From positions 1,941-65,940 of IMG/VR virus record IMGVR_UViG_3300028591_000206: 64,000 nt of DNA. One strand, written 5' to 3'. A model generated the notes under the pieces. That model saw nothing but the letters and a program-made list of their open reading frames with translations. It was not told the DNA's origin and searched no databases. The position numbers and the translations under genes were made by a program. Below, one piece after another: positions 1 to 10,666 of this stretch. Origin of the DNA: a virus. Its lineage: Duplodnaviria; Caudoviricetes. Each line of letters opens with the position of its first letter. The stretch's first letter is position 1.

Positions 1-855
1 GTATTCGAGTTTATCAAAATATAAGAACCCAACTGGTTTGGAAGAACTTGCAACATTTGGATCGTTTATAAATTGTTCATTTGTTCCATCCCATTGATTA
101 GTAAGATTATTAATAAAGTTTGCAATCCTGTTATTAGTATTAGTAGTAGGTAGACCTTCATCGCTACATTTTAATTTAGTAGGAGTAATTTCGATACGAG
201 CAGGCCAACAATAATCTTCATTCGACATCGGATTAGGAACATTAGTAAATGGACTATTGTTCATATCATTTGAATTAAGATATGTACCAAATATTTCATG
301 ATAGTTCAATTCAAAATCATTAATGGTATAATCTAATTCTTGTACCATAGAAGCGTCTCTTGTGGTATAAGGCTCATAATGTACAGTATCAAGATAAACG
401 TTTCCTTTATATCCATCAGCATCTGAATATTCTATTGCTTTATCTTCGTCACCTTTTTTGGATACTATTTGTACAGTATCATAACTAACTTGTTTTTGAT
501 TAACATGACGTTCTGGATACCAACGAATAGTTCTATCTTGTCGTCCTAAACGACCAGAATATCCTTCTTCATCAGAATAATAAATAAATTTAGGAAAATA
601 TAAATCAGCAGATGGTTCTTCTCCATTTGGACCAGAAGCAACATCTGTTACTGTCATCCACTGTGTTTCTATTCTATGGTCTATAGTTTGCCTTGGAGGG
701 TCACTAGCAAGAATTTTTTCTGCATCAGTAGCAGTAGGATTAAAATAATAAGCAAGATTTACAGCATTTTTAGGAACCCTCTTTCCTATTCGGAGAGAGG
801 GTTCTTTATCATATCCTGTCACTGTATCTTTGAAAGGTTTTGTCGCTTTAAACAT
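1..855 (-). CDS. Large virion/fibre protein, 5' part only (runs off the window start; 285 codons seen)
   Basis: Not in the ORF track. Manual translation from ATG at 855 (AGGAG RBS overlapping the upstream TAG) is open to position 1: MFKATKPFKDTVTG...FDKLEY. Contains two Y-S-D-x-x-G-Y-x-G repeats. Confidence 0.85.
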   Translation of the reverse strand, partial: MFKATKPFKDTVTGYDKEPSLRIGKRVPKNAVNLAYYFNPTATDAEKILASDPPRQTIDHRIETQWMTVTDVASGPNGEEPSADLYFPKFIYYSDEEGYSGRLGRQDRTIRWYPERHVNQKQVSYDTVQIVSKKGDEDKAIEYSDADGYKGNVYLDTVHYEPYTTRDASMVQELDYTINDFELNYHEIFGTYLNSNDMNNSPFTNVPNPMSNEDYCWPARIEITPTKLKCSDEGLPTTNTNNRIANFINNLTNQWDGTNEQFINDPNVASSSKPVGFLYFDKLEY

Positions 856-865
856 TTGACTACTC

Positions 866-3800
866 CTATTCGTTAATAATCTCTACAGAAGACTCTATAA
901 CTGTACCATCACTTGTTATTGTACTAGCTGTAATAGTATCGTGACAAGCTTCAATAGCAGACTCATATATTAAGTGTATAACGCCATTCATATCAGTAAG
1001 ATGCTTAGAATTATCATCATCAAAATTAAGAATGCCAGCATCACAATCAACATTGATAGCTTTAGAAATAACAGGATTACCTTCATAATCAAGACATTCT
1101 ATTGATACATCTATCTTATCATAGCCACCAGCTTTAATGTATTTAGGATTTCTGTAAATGTTAATAGTATAAGGTTCGTTATGTTCATCTGTAAGATATA
1201 TAAAACCTTTATAATCAGTTCTATACACTGGATTCATACTAAGATTAGATGCGATAAATTTATTATTATTTTTGTTAGTTTCAAAATATACTTTATATCT
1301 ATGTTTAAGATTTAAAGCAGATATTTGTTCTTCTGTCATTGATTTAATCTGTTCTTCAATAGTAATAGTTTTATTTACTGTAGCAGTAACTTCTGGAATT
1401 AAGAAGTAAGTATCTTTTTGTGAACGAACACAGAAACCATAGTATACTGGTTGATTGAATATTCTCAATCTTTCTGAAGAATCAAAACGAGCTGTTAATT
1501 TAGAATCTTCATTCCAATGTTCTAAATCATCCCAGTTCGAGATTTTACATTGAATATCATCTTCTGTTTTAACAATAGACATTTTAATTCCATTAACCAT
1601 GTCATTCCAGTTAATATATCCATCATGTGATACATTTTTACTTGCTACAACAAATTCACCTATTCTAGCATAATCAAGAACAATAGCTGTGTTATTACCA
1701 TTAAATAAATAGTCATCTGCAAGAGATATTAAGTAGCTTAATGTATGATAAACGTTATCTGAATCTTTTATGTATCCAATAACAAAACCTATAACATCTT
1801 GGTCTGCATCTGTTGAATATGTTACTACTGACATATTATATGTATGTACTGGAGACATATTGTTAACAATGATAGAGAAATCATCTACGTTATATAAATA
1901 ACGTATTGCATTAAGTGATGTATCATATCTCCAGTTAGAATCTGGAGCTACATATTCTCTATTTATAGCTTGTTTAACACCATTCATATAGAACTGTCCT
2001 AAAGGAACAGGACCTTCTGTAATTGTATATTCAGTAACTATTGGTGTTAAAGTTTCTATGCCTTCACGTTTAATAATTTCTGAGTCATAGTCACTATATA
2101 TTGTCATTTGAGTTTTATCATTATCATAATCTATCTCAGTATAGAACGAATTTAAAATATTATATTTGACTTGAATCTTGTCGTTTATGTTCAGCTGTTC
2201 GTCAAAAATAATAAGATTATTAACCAATCTAAAATTAGTAAATTCATTATTGTTTAAGGTTATTGATAATGATTTAATATCAAAATCATTACGTGAAAGT
2301 TTTATATAATGTTTATCGTCTTCAGTAAGAATTTCTATGTCTTCTGTTTTTATTAACGTATCCGGGTCAACATCAAATACTTCTTTATATGGAATACCAT
2401 TTGTGTCTTCCATTGTAATAGGAGCATATTGTTGAGGAGTTCCTTTAGTAATCAATAAAACATCAAGCTTTTTAAGAGGGTCTACTGTTGCATATATAAA
2501 AGGAGTATTTTTTACAGATATTTCTGTTTCAAAATCAGCAGTAGCATAAATAGGTGTTTTTAAGTTTTCTAACGTAGGGAATTCATCTAAAACTTCAGAA
2601 GCATATTGTAATTGTATGTTATGTTCAGTTGAATTTATCCTTACGTAATGAATTTCATCTGCTGTAAATCCTTTTGCTTGTACATCACCAGAAATAATAT
2701 CATATATAGAAGGAAATACTTGATATTGATTACCATCAGTAGTAATTTCAAATGATTGTATTTCCTGGAAAGTATCATAAGTATCTACTGGTTCATAATC
2801 TCCAGACATACTGATTTCTTCGATGTAAGGTAATAATACACTTGTTTCTTTAGTTATTATTTTCTTATGTAACCAATATACTTTTTCCCCATAAGGAATA
2901 ACGATTCTATATCTTAAAAATCTTGTTGTAACAGTAGTATTGCTATCTGCTCTTGTCCATATTATGTTTTCTAGTAATAATCTATCTTTATTTGTACTTT
3001 CAGTTGCAATATATAAAGTACAATCATGTTTAAGATTTGACGCAAAAATGTCTAAACTAATAGTAGTTTCACATCCAAAATCTATAATTTTAGAATTAAA
3101 TATTCCATCTGATTCATACGGACCAGCTTGTAAATGGTCTGTAATAGTAACACAGTTAGTATGATTAGGAGTATCTCCATCATCAACCCAATCAAGATAA
3201 CAACATAAATAATCTTCTAATGATTTGGGATTATTAGTTGTACTTGCTGCTACAGTAAACTGTACTTGATAAGCACAGCTTAATGGAACATTAGGAACAG
3301 AATCATTAGCAAAACTTGTCCATTCTGACCATGCACCATTTTCTATACTATAGCTTCTTACTTGCATTGGAGGCATTTCAGAACCATCTTCAAAATGACA
3401 TTCCACTTTTAAAACACCAGCAGAAGTAAGTGTGTTAGGGAATATAATTACTGGAGAAACATATACATGAGCAGTATATTCTTTGTAATATTCTCCATCT
3501 ATTTTAGGTTTAATAGTTAAACCTTTACCATTAACCCATGTAAATTCTTTTTCGTTCTGTAATAATTCAGAACGAGTATTTTTCATGATGTCATAATGTT
3601 CTGGATTACCAGCTTTACGAAGAATATCTACATCAATAGTTGCATAGCCATTGATTGTTTTAAAATTATCTTCTGTATATTTTTCAAAGTCTGCTTCTAC
3701 ATTAAATTCTGAATAAGCATAGTATTCATGCTGATTTAAGTAATAATATCCATTATGAATATGAGGAGACCATTTTGTTGTAGCATTAACTACTCCTTTA

Positions 3801-6800
3801 AAATTGACTCCAAATTCTGCCTTACTATTTTCATCAAACACTATTTCTGAAGGATAATTTAATGCAAGTACGTCAGAATTATCAGAAAAAACTTCGATAT
3901 AGTAATGGTCATAAGTATATCGAGATAAAGGTTTATCTAATTCAAAATACTTAGGTACTGTTCTACTATCAAACAATTCGATAGGTTTGCTTGTTGTTGT
4001 TTGTAATAGTTCATTATAAACAACATCTTTATATGTAAGACTGTCAGAGCTAAATGTTACATAATCTCCATTAACGTTAGTAATACTATCTTTAATGCTA
4101 GACGGATGATCCCAAGCATAAGATACTAATGCAGTATCTGGATAAAATTCTGTAATGATAATATAAATTTTTATATTCTCAGCATCTATAGTTGTAGGTA
4201 AATTAAATTGTGGCGTAACAACTCTTAAATCTTTTTTACCAGATTTATTGTTTTCTCTATATCTACCATTAACATTTCCATAAAAACTATCCATACCTGG
4301 ATTTGGTTTTTCATCATAATATGGTCTAGTTTCATACATAGGTTTTGCTTGGAACCAAACATAGTCATCAATATATTCATCCCTAAAATATGTTTGCCCT
4401 TCAATACCTCTTGAATTTAAATAAAATGGAGAAAATCTGGTAGCTATATTATTATCGCCAAATGATTCAATATAGACAGAGCTATCACCACTTAATTTAT
4501 TTTCATCTTGTATGTAAATATTTCTAGCATAGTATATATGTACAAATACAATATTAAGATAAGGACTAAATGGGTCACAATCTGGTAATAACTCATAATA
4601 TGAAGTATATGCGTCTGGATCTTCATAATTAAATCTATAATTTAATATTGGAGATATATAATGTTCATCATTATGAGCAATAACATCTTGTGTTAAATGT
4701 TCAATTACAGGATATGTAACACCACGAACAATTTTATTAGTATCAGAAATATTAGTTCCTGGTGGTACAAATAATACCCAATCACCAGTACGTTTTAATT
4801 TATCTGTTCCTGTAATATAAATGTCATTATCCATATCTACAACATCAAGAGCATGTCTAATAACATTATTAGTTCCAGTATATTGAATATCATGTAAATT
4901 TGTACTGATACGTTTCTTTCTATTCCATAAATACTTTCTATAATCTTCTGAAGGAGATAATAATATTTCAGTCTGATGATTATTTGGATCGTTCATTCCA
5001 GGTTCATTATTAGCTGCATTTAATTCAAATGATTCTATTCTTTCTCCATCATAAATAATTGCATCTGTATATCCAGATAACCATACGTATTTATCTGGCC
5101 CAACAGCATATACATCATCTCCAAAATTAGAAGTATTTAATTTGTTAATGTCAGCATATACATTTATTGAACCAACGTAACCATCTTCGAGACCGTCATC
5201 ACCAAAATAAACATCTGGGATTTTATCTTCATCAGCATATTTATATGTATCTTTTATAATTAACCCACGAATAATATAATGTCCTTGTTTTTTATCTTCA
5301 TCAGAATATGCTTCTACAAGTTGATTATATCCAGATTTCCATTCATTAGTATTTCTGACTTCTGCAAGAATCATATCTTGAATAGAACGACTATCTACTT
5401 TAATAGGTCCTTGTCTAATTACACCAGCTTGGTCAAAATTTCTATCTCCAATAATTGAGTCTGATGGAATAATAGCTCTTTGTTCGTTTCTAGCATATAC
5501 AATTGGAGTCATAGTATCGTTAATAGTAATAGTCCAAGGGTCTTCATTTAATGGTGGTATATATACTCTGGCCCATTTACATTCATCAATGTTCCAGTTT
5601 GCGGTAAGTGTTATATCTTCTCCAGCGTCTTTCCATCCTTCAAACTCCCAACCATCAAAAACTTCTTCATAAGGATCATCTGTTCTATTACCAAATTCAT
5701 CAACATAATAGCTTTCACCTGAATTGCCAGATTGATAATCATCAATTAACTTTTTCAAACCATTCCACATGGAATTTAAAATATTATCAACAGTATATTG
5801 AGCATAAGCATATTTATCAATTTTTGTTGCATGTTGAACATGAATATCATATATATCTTTGTCCATTTCCCAAACAGCATTTGGAATACCTTGTCTCCAT
5901 ATAGCAGTTGGTTTGCTCCATGCATCATAATCTACATTATAATCAGCACCAAATAATGTATATATAGGAACATTGTGAGATTTTATAGTTTCATATGATG
6001 AATGTATTGATTGATATAACGTTTGATATGTCAAAGAGGGAATTTTAGCATATACTATATTATATGCTCCATATCTTCCGTTATATGTATTAGCAAAACC
6101 ATCAGTATAAAACATTTCTATTACAGCATTAGAAATGTTTTGAGCTGTCATCCAGTCAGTTAAACCAGCTTGATGATTAGTTGCATTATTGCAAGGAGTC
6201 CATCCCCAATCTGTTACTGTTCCTTGAACATCTCTACTAAAATCAAATCTTACACTTTCAATAACATGTTTAGCTATGGCCGCTGTTTGTACTACTTCAG
6301 ATTTTGCATCTTCTGCCCAGAAAGTTAAACAATATCTAACTTTACCAGCAAGAGGTACTCCTCCTTTTGAATACCCTTCTATTTGGTCTATTAATCTTAA
6401 AGCTGCATCTTTGACTATGTTCCATCTTCGTAATCCATTTGTTATCATTGTCATAGAACCAGAAATATCAAATGACAAGACAATAGTTAAATCACCATCA
6501 AATGGAGGGGCGTCTTCTTGTACTAAAGTATTTTCTATTCTTTTAGTCTGTTCTTCCCATACTGGCTCTTCAAGAGGGCATACTATTTCTTCAGTATTAT
6601 CATTGCGCTTCTTTAATAATACATCTGCTCTCATACGAGCACAGACAGTTACTGGTTGACAAGCATACATATAATCCTTAATAGAAACTTTTTCTATAGG
6701 ATATACGTCAATATCAAAAGTTACTTCTCCCTTTTGTTCTTCTACTGTTTCGATTGATTCAAGACAAACTTTATAATTAAATCCAACTGAATCATAACGT

Positions 6801-7651
6801 TTTTCTCTTTGTGTTCTTGCTCCTCTTAATTGTATATATGCCTTAAATTTTTGATAGAAATCAGCATCCATTTGCTTATAAACTTTAAGGTCATTATAAT
6901 CACCGATACCAGAATGAAATGCCTCAAGGTTTTCTTGAATTATTTCTCTTTCTGTATCATCAGAAGTATAATCATATACTTTTGGTATTTCATATTGTTC
7001 AAGTGATTGATCAATTGGAGATGTAGCTGTTCTTATTGTCGTAGCATGAGAAGGACCAGATGTTTGTTCGCTATTATAAGCAATCAAACGTCTGGTATAA
7101 TCTGTATCTGGTTCAAGACCAACTTCAACATAAGTATTTGTTCCAATAGGAATTTGTGCAATGATTTTATCTTGATGTTCTTCGGTATTAATATCTATAG
7201 CTTCTGAAACAAGATAATGAGCTTGTCCATCATCTTCCCATGACCAAATAATAGAATGATTGTCATAAGCCTTTCCAATAAGATTAGGTACTTGTAATTC
7301 ATCATATTTTGGATAGACATAGCATTTAATATTTGGTTCAAGTGATATTTGATTAGGGTCATCACCATCACCTGGTTCAAAATATACATCAACTCTATCA
7401 GTTAATGAGTTAATATTAAATTCGTCTATATCAATATTATTAACAGTAATTAAATGACTATCACAATAATCGTTAATTTCACGTTTAAATAAAGTAAACA
7501 TTTGTACTTTAGTAGCGATATTATGATAGTTATCATATAAATCTTTATCAGATAAGCCTTCTAATTCATAATCAAAATTCTTTTGAAATGTTTCAGTTTG
7601 ATCATTTGTAAGATTAACTATTGTAAGAATGATTTCATATGTTATTATCAT
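866..7651 (-). CDS. 2261-aa multidomain virion adhesin/baseplate-associated protein: FN3, vWA (MIDAS), thrombospondin-C-like lectin, C-terminal Ig-like domain
   Basis: FN3-like 'IIWSW...VGLEPDTDYTRRLIAYN' (~7030-7295); vWA 'IVLSFDISGSM...FYTDG' (~5800-6495); lectin-like 'STDADQDVIGFVIGY' (~1790); Big-type 'DYEGNPV...TDMNGVI' at the C-terminus; GGAG RBS. Confidence 0.75.
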   Translation of the reverse strand: MIITYEIILTIVNLTNDQTETFQKNFDYELEGLSDKDLYDNYHNIATKVQMFTLFKREINDYCDSHLITVNNIDIDEFNINSLTDRVDVYFEPGDGDDPNQISLEPNIKCYVYPKYDELQVPNLIGKAYDNHSIIWSWEDDGQAHYLVSEAIDINTEEHQDKIIAQIPIGTNTYVEVGLEPDTDYTRRLIAYNSEQTSGPSHATTIRTATSPIDQSLEQYEIPKVYDYTSDDTEREIIQENLEAFHSGIGDYNDLKVYKQMDADFYQKFKAYIQLRGARTQREKRYDSVGFNYKVCLESIETVEEQKGEVTFDIDVYPIEKVSIKDYMYACQPVTVCARMRADVLLKKRNDNTEEIVCPLEEPVWEEQTKRIENTLVQEDAPPFDGDLTIVLSFDISGSMTMITNGLRRWNIVKDAALRLIDQIEGYSKGGVPLAGKVRYCLTFWAEDAKSEVVQTAAIAKHVIESVRFDFSRDVQGTVTDWGWTPCNNATNHQAGLTDWMTAQNISNAVIEMFYTDGFANTYNGRYGAYNIVYAKIPSLTYQTLYQSIHSSYETIKSHNVPIYTLFGADYNVDYDAWSKPTAIWRQGIPNAVWEMDKDIYDIHVQHATKIDKYAYAQYTVDNILNSMWNGLKKLIDDYQSGNSGESYYVDEFGNRTDDPYEEVFDGWEFEGWKDAGEDITLTANWNIDECKWARVYIPPLNEDPWTITINDTMTPIVYARNEQRAIIPSDSIIGDRNFDQAGVIRQGPIKVDSRSIQDMILAEVRNTNEWKSGYNQLVEAYSDEDKKQGHYIIRGLIIKDTYKYADEDKIPDVYFGDDGLEDGYVGSINVYADINKLNTSNFGDDVYAVGPDKYVWLSGYTDAIIYDGERIESFELNAANNEPGMNDPNNHQTEILLSPSEDYRKYLWNRKKRISTNLHDIQYTGTNNVIRHALDVVDMDNDIYITGTDKLKRTGDWVLFVPPGTNISDTNKIVRGVTYPVIEHLTQDVIAHNDEHYISPILNYRFNYEDPDAYTSYYELLPDCDPFSPYLNIVFVHIYYARNIYIQDENKLSGDSSVYIESFGDNNIATRFSPFYLNSRGIEGQTYFRDEYIDDYVWFQAKPMYETRPYYDEKPNPGMDSFYGNVNGRYRENNKSGKKDLRVVTPQFNLPTTIDAENIKIYIIITEFYPDTALVSYAWDHPSSIKDSITNVNGDYVTFSSDSLTYKDVVYNELLQTTTSKPIELFDSRTVPKYFELDKPLSRYTYDHYYIEVFSDNSDVLALNYPSEIVFDENSKAEFGVNFKGVVNATTKWSPHIHNGYYYLNQHEYYAYSEFNVEADFEKYTEDNFKTINGYATIDVDILRKAGNPEHYDIMKNTRSELLQNEKEFTWVNGKGLTIKPKIDGEYYKEYTAHVYVSPVIIFPNTLTSAGVLKVECHFEDGSEMPPMQVRSYSIENGAWSEWTSFANDSVPNVPLSCAYQVQFTVAASTTNNPKSLEDYLCCYLDWVDDGDTPNHTNCVTITDHLQAGPYESDGIFNSKIIDFGCETTISLDIFASNLKHDCTLYIATESTNKDRLLLENIIWTRADSNTTVTTRFLRYRIVIPYGEKVYWLHKKIITKETSVLLPYIEEISMSGDYEPVDTYDTFQEIQSFEITTDGNQYQVFPSIYDIISGDVQAKGFTADEIHYVRINSTEHNIQLQYASEVLDEFPTLENLKTPIYATADFETEISVKNTPFIYATVDPLKKLDVLLITKGTPQQYAPITMEDTNGIPYKEVFDVDPDTLIKTEDIEILTEDDKHYIKLSRNDFDIKSLSITLNNNEFTNFRLVNNLIIFDEQLNINDKIQVKYNILNSFYTEIDYDNDKTQMTIYSDYDSEIIKREGIETLTPIVTEYTITEGPVPLGQFYMNGVKQAINREYVAPDSNWRYDTSLNAIRYLYNVDDFSIIVNNMSPVHTYNMSVVTYSTDADQDVIGFVIGYIKDSDNVYHTLSYLISLADDYLFNGNNTAIVLDYARIGEFVVASKNVSHDGYINWNDMVNGIKMSIVKTEDDIQCKISNWDDLEHWNEDSKLTARFDSSERLRIFNQPVYYGFCVRSQKDTYFLIPEVTATVNKTITIEEQIKSMTEEQISALNLKHRYKVYFETNKNNNKFIASNLSMNPVYRTDYKGFIYLTDEHNEPYTINIYRNPKYIKAGGYDKIDVSIECLDYEGNPVISKAINVDCDAGILNFDDDNSKHLTDMNGVIHLIYESAIEACHDTITASTITSDGTVIESSVEIINE

Positions 7652-7683
7652 TTTTGCACTCCTATCAGAAAGGTTTACTGATA

Positions 7684-7695
7684 TTATTATATAAT
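7684..7695 (-). promoter_or_regulatory. Candidate -10-only promoter element (TATAAT at 7691-7686) for the 2261-aa gene
   Basis: TATAAT just downstream of a hairpin with no consensus -35; the same 12-mer occurs at 52741-52752. Confidence 0.35.
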
Positions 7696-7697
7696 GA

Positions 7698-7731
7698 TAA
7701 AGGACTAATTAAAACTTTAATTAGTCCTTTA
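7698..7731 (-). terminator. 34-bp near-perfect inverted repeat (16-bp arms, 2-nt centre); probable terminator after the 110-aa gene
   Basis: taaaggactaattaaa-ac-tttaattagtccttta in the intergenic gap. Confidence 0.6.
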
Positions 7732-7744
7732 AATTACTTATATT

Positions 7745-8077
7745 TTATTCAAATATCTCAAAATCCCATTTGGTATTTAGATAAACACCTTCACGAATTT
7801 TATAAAAAGTACCATTTGGATAGCTATCAATTACTTTTTCTACATAAAGCATAGTTCCTTGTGGTATAAATCCAGCAACATTATTATTGATATTAGGAAC
7901 ACTTAAATATGGAGTAGTTGTTTTACAATATATTTTAATTTGTTTTTCTCTTGCTTTTGATTTGTCTAATGCTTCTTTAGCTGCTTTTTCTTTTAATTTA
8001 GTTAATAAATCTTTTTCTTGTATATTTGTAACATTAATAGTTTCTTTTTCTACAGTTTCTTTTTTCGTCTTTGCCAT
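7745..8077 (-). CDS. Small protein (110 aa) with charged N-terminus and SH3b-like C-terminal domain
   Basis: Start moved from 8125 to ATG 8077 (MAKTKKE) because of the AGGAGG RBS; 'YLSVPNINNNVAGFIPQGTMLYV...FYKIREGVYL' resembles SH3b. Confidence 0.55.
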   Translation of the reverse strand: MAKTKKETVEKETINVTNIQEKDLLTKLKEKAAKEALDKSKAREKQIKIYCKTTTPYLSVPNINNNVAGFIPQGTMLYVEKVIDSYPNGTFYKIREGVYLNTKWDFEIFE

Positions 8078-8090
8078 TTTAGCAATCCTC

Positions 8091-9539
8091 CTATTCTTGA
8101 TCAAATTCTTTAATAAGCATAGCATTTAATGCTTTTTTATATAAACATGTAATAAACCATTCGGTTGCATTTCTTACAGACAATCCTGTAAGTTTTGGAG
8201 CAATAAGTTTATAATGGCCAAATTTTATTGTATCAATAATATAATCTAATATCTTGTTCCAGTTAAAAAATCTTGCATCTCCAACCATACATATTTCATC
8301 AAATTCTTCTGTAACATCAATAACTGAGTGTAAATTTGGGTCAAAGTATAACATTTCAAAATCTTTATTTAAATGTTCTTGTCCTCCAGTATATACCATT
8401 ACAGCTACTTTATCATATAAAGTATATTCTTCATATGTATAACTTACAGTAAACCAATTTACACCAGTTTTACGTAATATTAAATCTGATGGCACAACTT
8501 GATAATTTCTTGGAGATAACAATTCTCTATTGTTATTAGGATGATATAAATAGACTCTGAAATCATCTAAGCTGATTTTATCTCCTACTTGACCACTTTC
8601 ACCTTCGTACCATGCATCTATATGAGACTTTGTTACTTCCCATGAAAATGGAACTCTAATTATGCATTTTAAATCATCTTTAACTATTTCAAAAACACCT
8701 AAGTTAATATTATTAATGATTGGTATATCTGTGAATTGCCATTCATTACTTGATAAAGGTGTTCTGTATTCAGAATACCCATCATATGTGACTAAGACAA
8801 CCATAATTTCACTTTGAAAAACATAGTCATTTAATTGTTTTTCTTTAACAGTATCTGGAATGCCATCACCATTAATATCTACTGATTGTCCAATATATGT
8901 TGCATTTAAACCAATCTCTTTAATTTTACCATTAACTATAATACTATCTGACCATGTTTGCTCTAAATCATCATCATAATAAGATACTGTGATTGTATTA
9001 TCATTAATATGTTCTATAGTAGATGGAGTTAATATAAAATCATTATATTTTTCATCTTCAAGAGTAAATTGTTTTGTTGTGTTATTAGAATATAATAATG
9101 TGACTTGAACATTTTCTCTTGGAATATTATCAGTTGCAGAGATAGCTTCTGTTGATAAATATTTAACGCTAAACTTTTGAATAAATGGGGCAAATGGAAT
9201 ATATTTATTAGTACATACATGAAAACAATTATATTGGCTTTGGTCAGCCATTTCTGATATATCAATAGAATCATCATATGTTGATACAATATATAAGTCT
9301 AATGTTAAATGACATCTTCTATTGAATGATATGCCTAAGTTTCCATCTTTATCAGAATATAATGTTTGTGCATGTTCAAGATTAGGTATAGATTTATCAT
9401 AAGTAATATCATATACAGCATAAAATTGTTTATTACTTACACGTATATTATTATTATCGTAGGCTCTTATTGTTAATGTAAAAGGATTATATTGAGTATC
9501 CCATGTTGATATATCTGGTTGTAATGTATAGTAGCTCAT
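8091..9539 (-). CDS. Baseplate/tail-associated beta-rich protein with repeated Ig-like modules
   Basis: 482 aa, translationally coupled to the upstream wedge gene; repeated 'V.L.Y.....' / 'F.VY.Y.P' Ig-like units; D-x-N-x-D-G calcium-loop-like 'VDINGDGIPD'. Confidence 0.5.
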   Translation of the reverse strand: MSYYTLQPDISTWDTQYNPFTLTIRAYDNNNIRVSNKQFYAVYDITYDKSIPNLEHAQTLYSDKDGNLGISFNRRCHLTLDLYIVSTYDDSIDISEMADQSQYNCFHVCTNKYIPFAPFIQKFSVKYLSTEAISATDNIPRENVQVTLLYSNNTTKQFTLEDEKYNDFILTPSTIEHINDNTITVSYYDDDLEQTWSDSIIVNGKIKEIGLNATYIGQSVDINGDGIPDTVKEKQLNDYVFQSEIMVVLVTYDGYSEYRTPLSSNEWQFTDIPIINNINLGVFEIVKDDLKCIIRVPFSWEVTKSHIDAWYEGESGQVGDKISLDDFRVYLYHPNNNRELLSPRNYQVVPSDLILRKTGVNWFTVSYTYEEYTLYDKVAVMVYTGGQEHLNKDFEMLYFDPNLHSVIDVTEEFDEICMVGDARFFNWNKILDYIIDTIKFGHYKLIAPKLTGLSVRNATEWFITCLYKKALNAMLIKEFDQE

Positions 9540-10654
9540 AATAACTGCCTTCTTTTAAACTTTTTAAATCCTTTTATAGAGCCATCATATAAGTGTTCTA
9601 TATATCCTATACCACTAACTTCTTCTTCATTTTGGTCCCAATAATGTTCATTCCAATGGAAGTGATCCCAAAATATTGGTGATTCAGATTCAAGAACATT
9701 AATATATTGTTCAAGTTTAGATTTTGGTTTACCTTCTACTGTAAATAATTCATTACGTAGTTTAATATCTTTCTCATTCCATAATTGATGCATTTCTAAT
9801 CCATAAACATATGTTACTTCTGAATTATTTTCCAAATCATCAATTGGAGTAAGTAATACACTACCTTCAGCTGTGAAATATATATGGTCTTGAGGATAAT
9901 AAGAACCATTAACTTTTATAGAATTAAGGACTATCATTGGGTCGTTTAGCTCTAAGTCTTTTGTTGTATTTTCCCATGATAATATTCTTCTGATAGCAAG
10001 TTCTCTTCCAATACCATTTATTAATCCATTTTTTGAAGCATTTGCTGGATTTTTAAAAACATCTTGAATACGTTTTTTATATTCTATGTTAGGTTCTTCT
10101 GGCAATCTTGGACAGGACATTAATGCTCCAAGTTCATCAAGATAGTTCCATACTTTATGAGGCATCAACGGCACACTATATATGGTATCATCATTTTTAT
10201 ATTTAATTTCGATTTTGCCATCATTATGAATTGCATCAGCATTAAATTTTTTACGTACATAAATAATATTACGTTGATAGTCTAAATAATAACTTTCAAA
10301 AGAATGTAATGTTTTATCTTCTATCATTTGAAGATCAATACCAAAAAATTCTTTTAAAGTTTTAGCTTCGTACAAACCAGAGTTATTTGCATGTACAGTT
10401 TCTATATTATAGACAGAATAAGGCATTGGTATAATCGCCTTATAGCAAAAGTCTATTTGTTTAATATCTATCGTATCTATGTAACATTGATTATATGCAT
10501 AATCAATAGTAAATAATGCATCATCTAATTCTAAACCAAATATGTTTAAATAATTTGCACCATTACTATCTTTTGATTTCTTACGCATCGAAAACCAATA
10601 CGGAAGTTTTTCTAATAAGATATTTGTATGGTCTGCATATGGAAGTTTTGCCAT
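9536..10654 (-). CDS. Baseplate wedge protein (P2 gpI / T4 gp7-like position)
   Basis: Directly follows the baseplate J-like gene; 'WNYLDELGALMSCPRLPEEPNIEYKKRI...NASKNGLINGI' is typical of wedge subunits. Confidence 0.6.
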   Translation of the reverse strand: MAKLPYADHTNILLEKLPYWFSMRKKSKDSNGANYLNIFGLELDDALFTIDYAYNQCYIDTIDIKQIDFCYKAIIPMPYSVYNIETVHANNSGLYEAKTLKEFFGIDLQMIEDKTLHSFESYYLDYQRNIIYVRKKFNADAIHNDGKIEIKYKNDDTIYSVPLMPHKVWNYLDELGALMSCPRLPEEPNIEYKKRIQDVFKNPANASKNGLINGIGRELAIRRILSWENTTKDLELNDPMIVLNSIKVNGSYYPQDHIYFTAEGSVLLTPIDDLENNSEVTYVYGLEMHQLWNEKDIKLRNELFTVEGKPKSKLEQYINVLESESPIFWDHFHWNEHYWDQNEEEVSGIGYIEHLYDGSIKGFKKFKRRQLL

Positions 10655-10666
10655 ATTAATTCCTCT

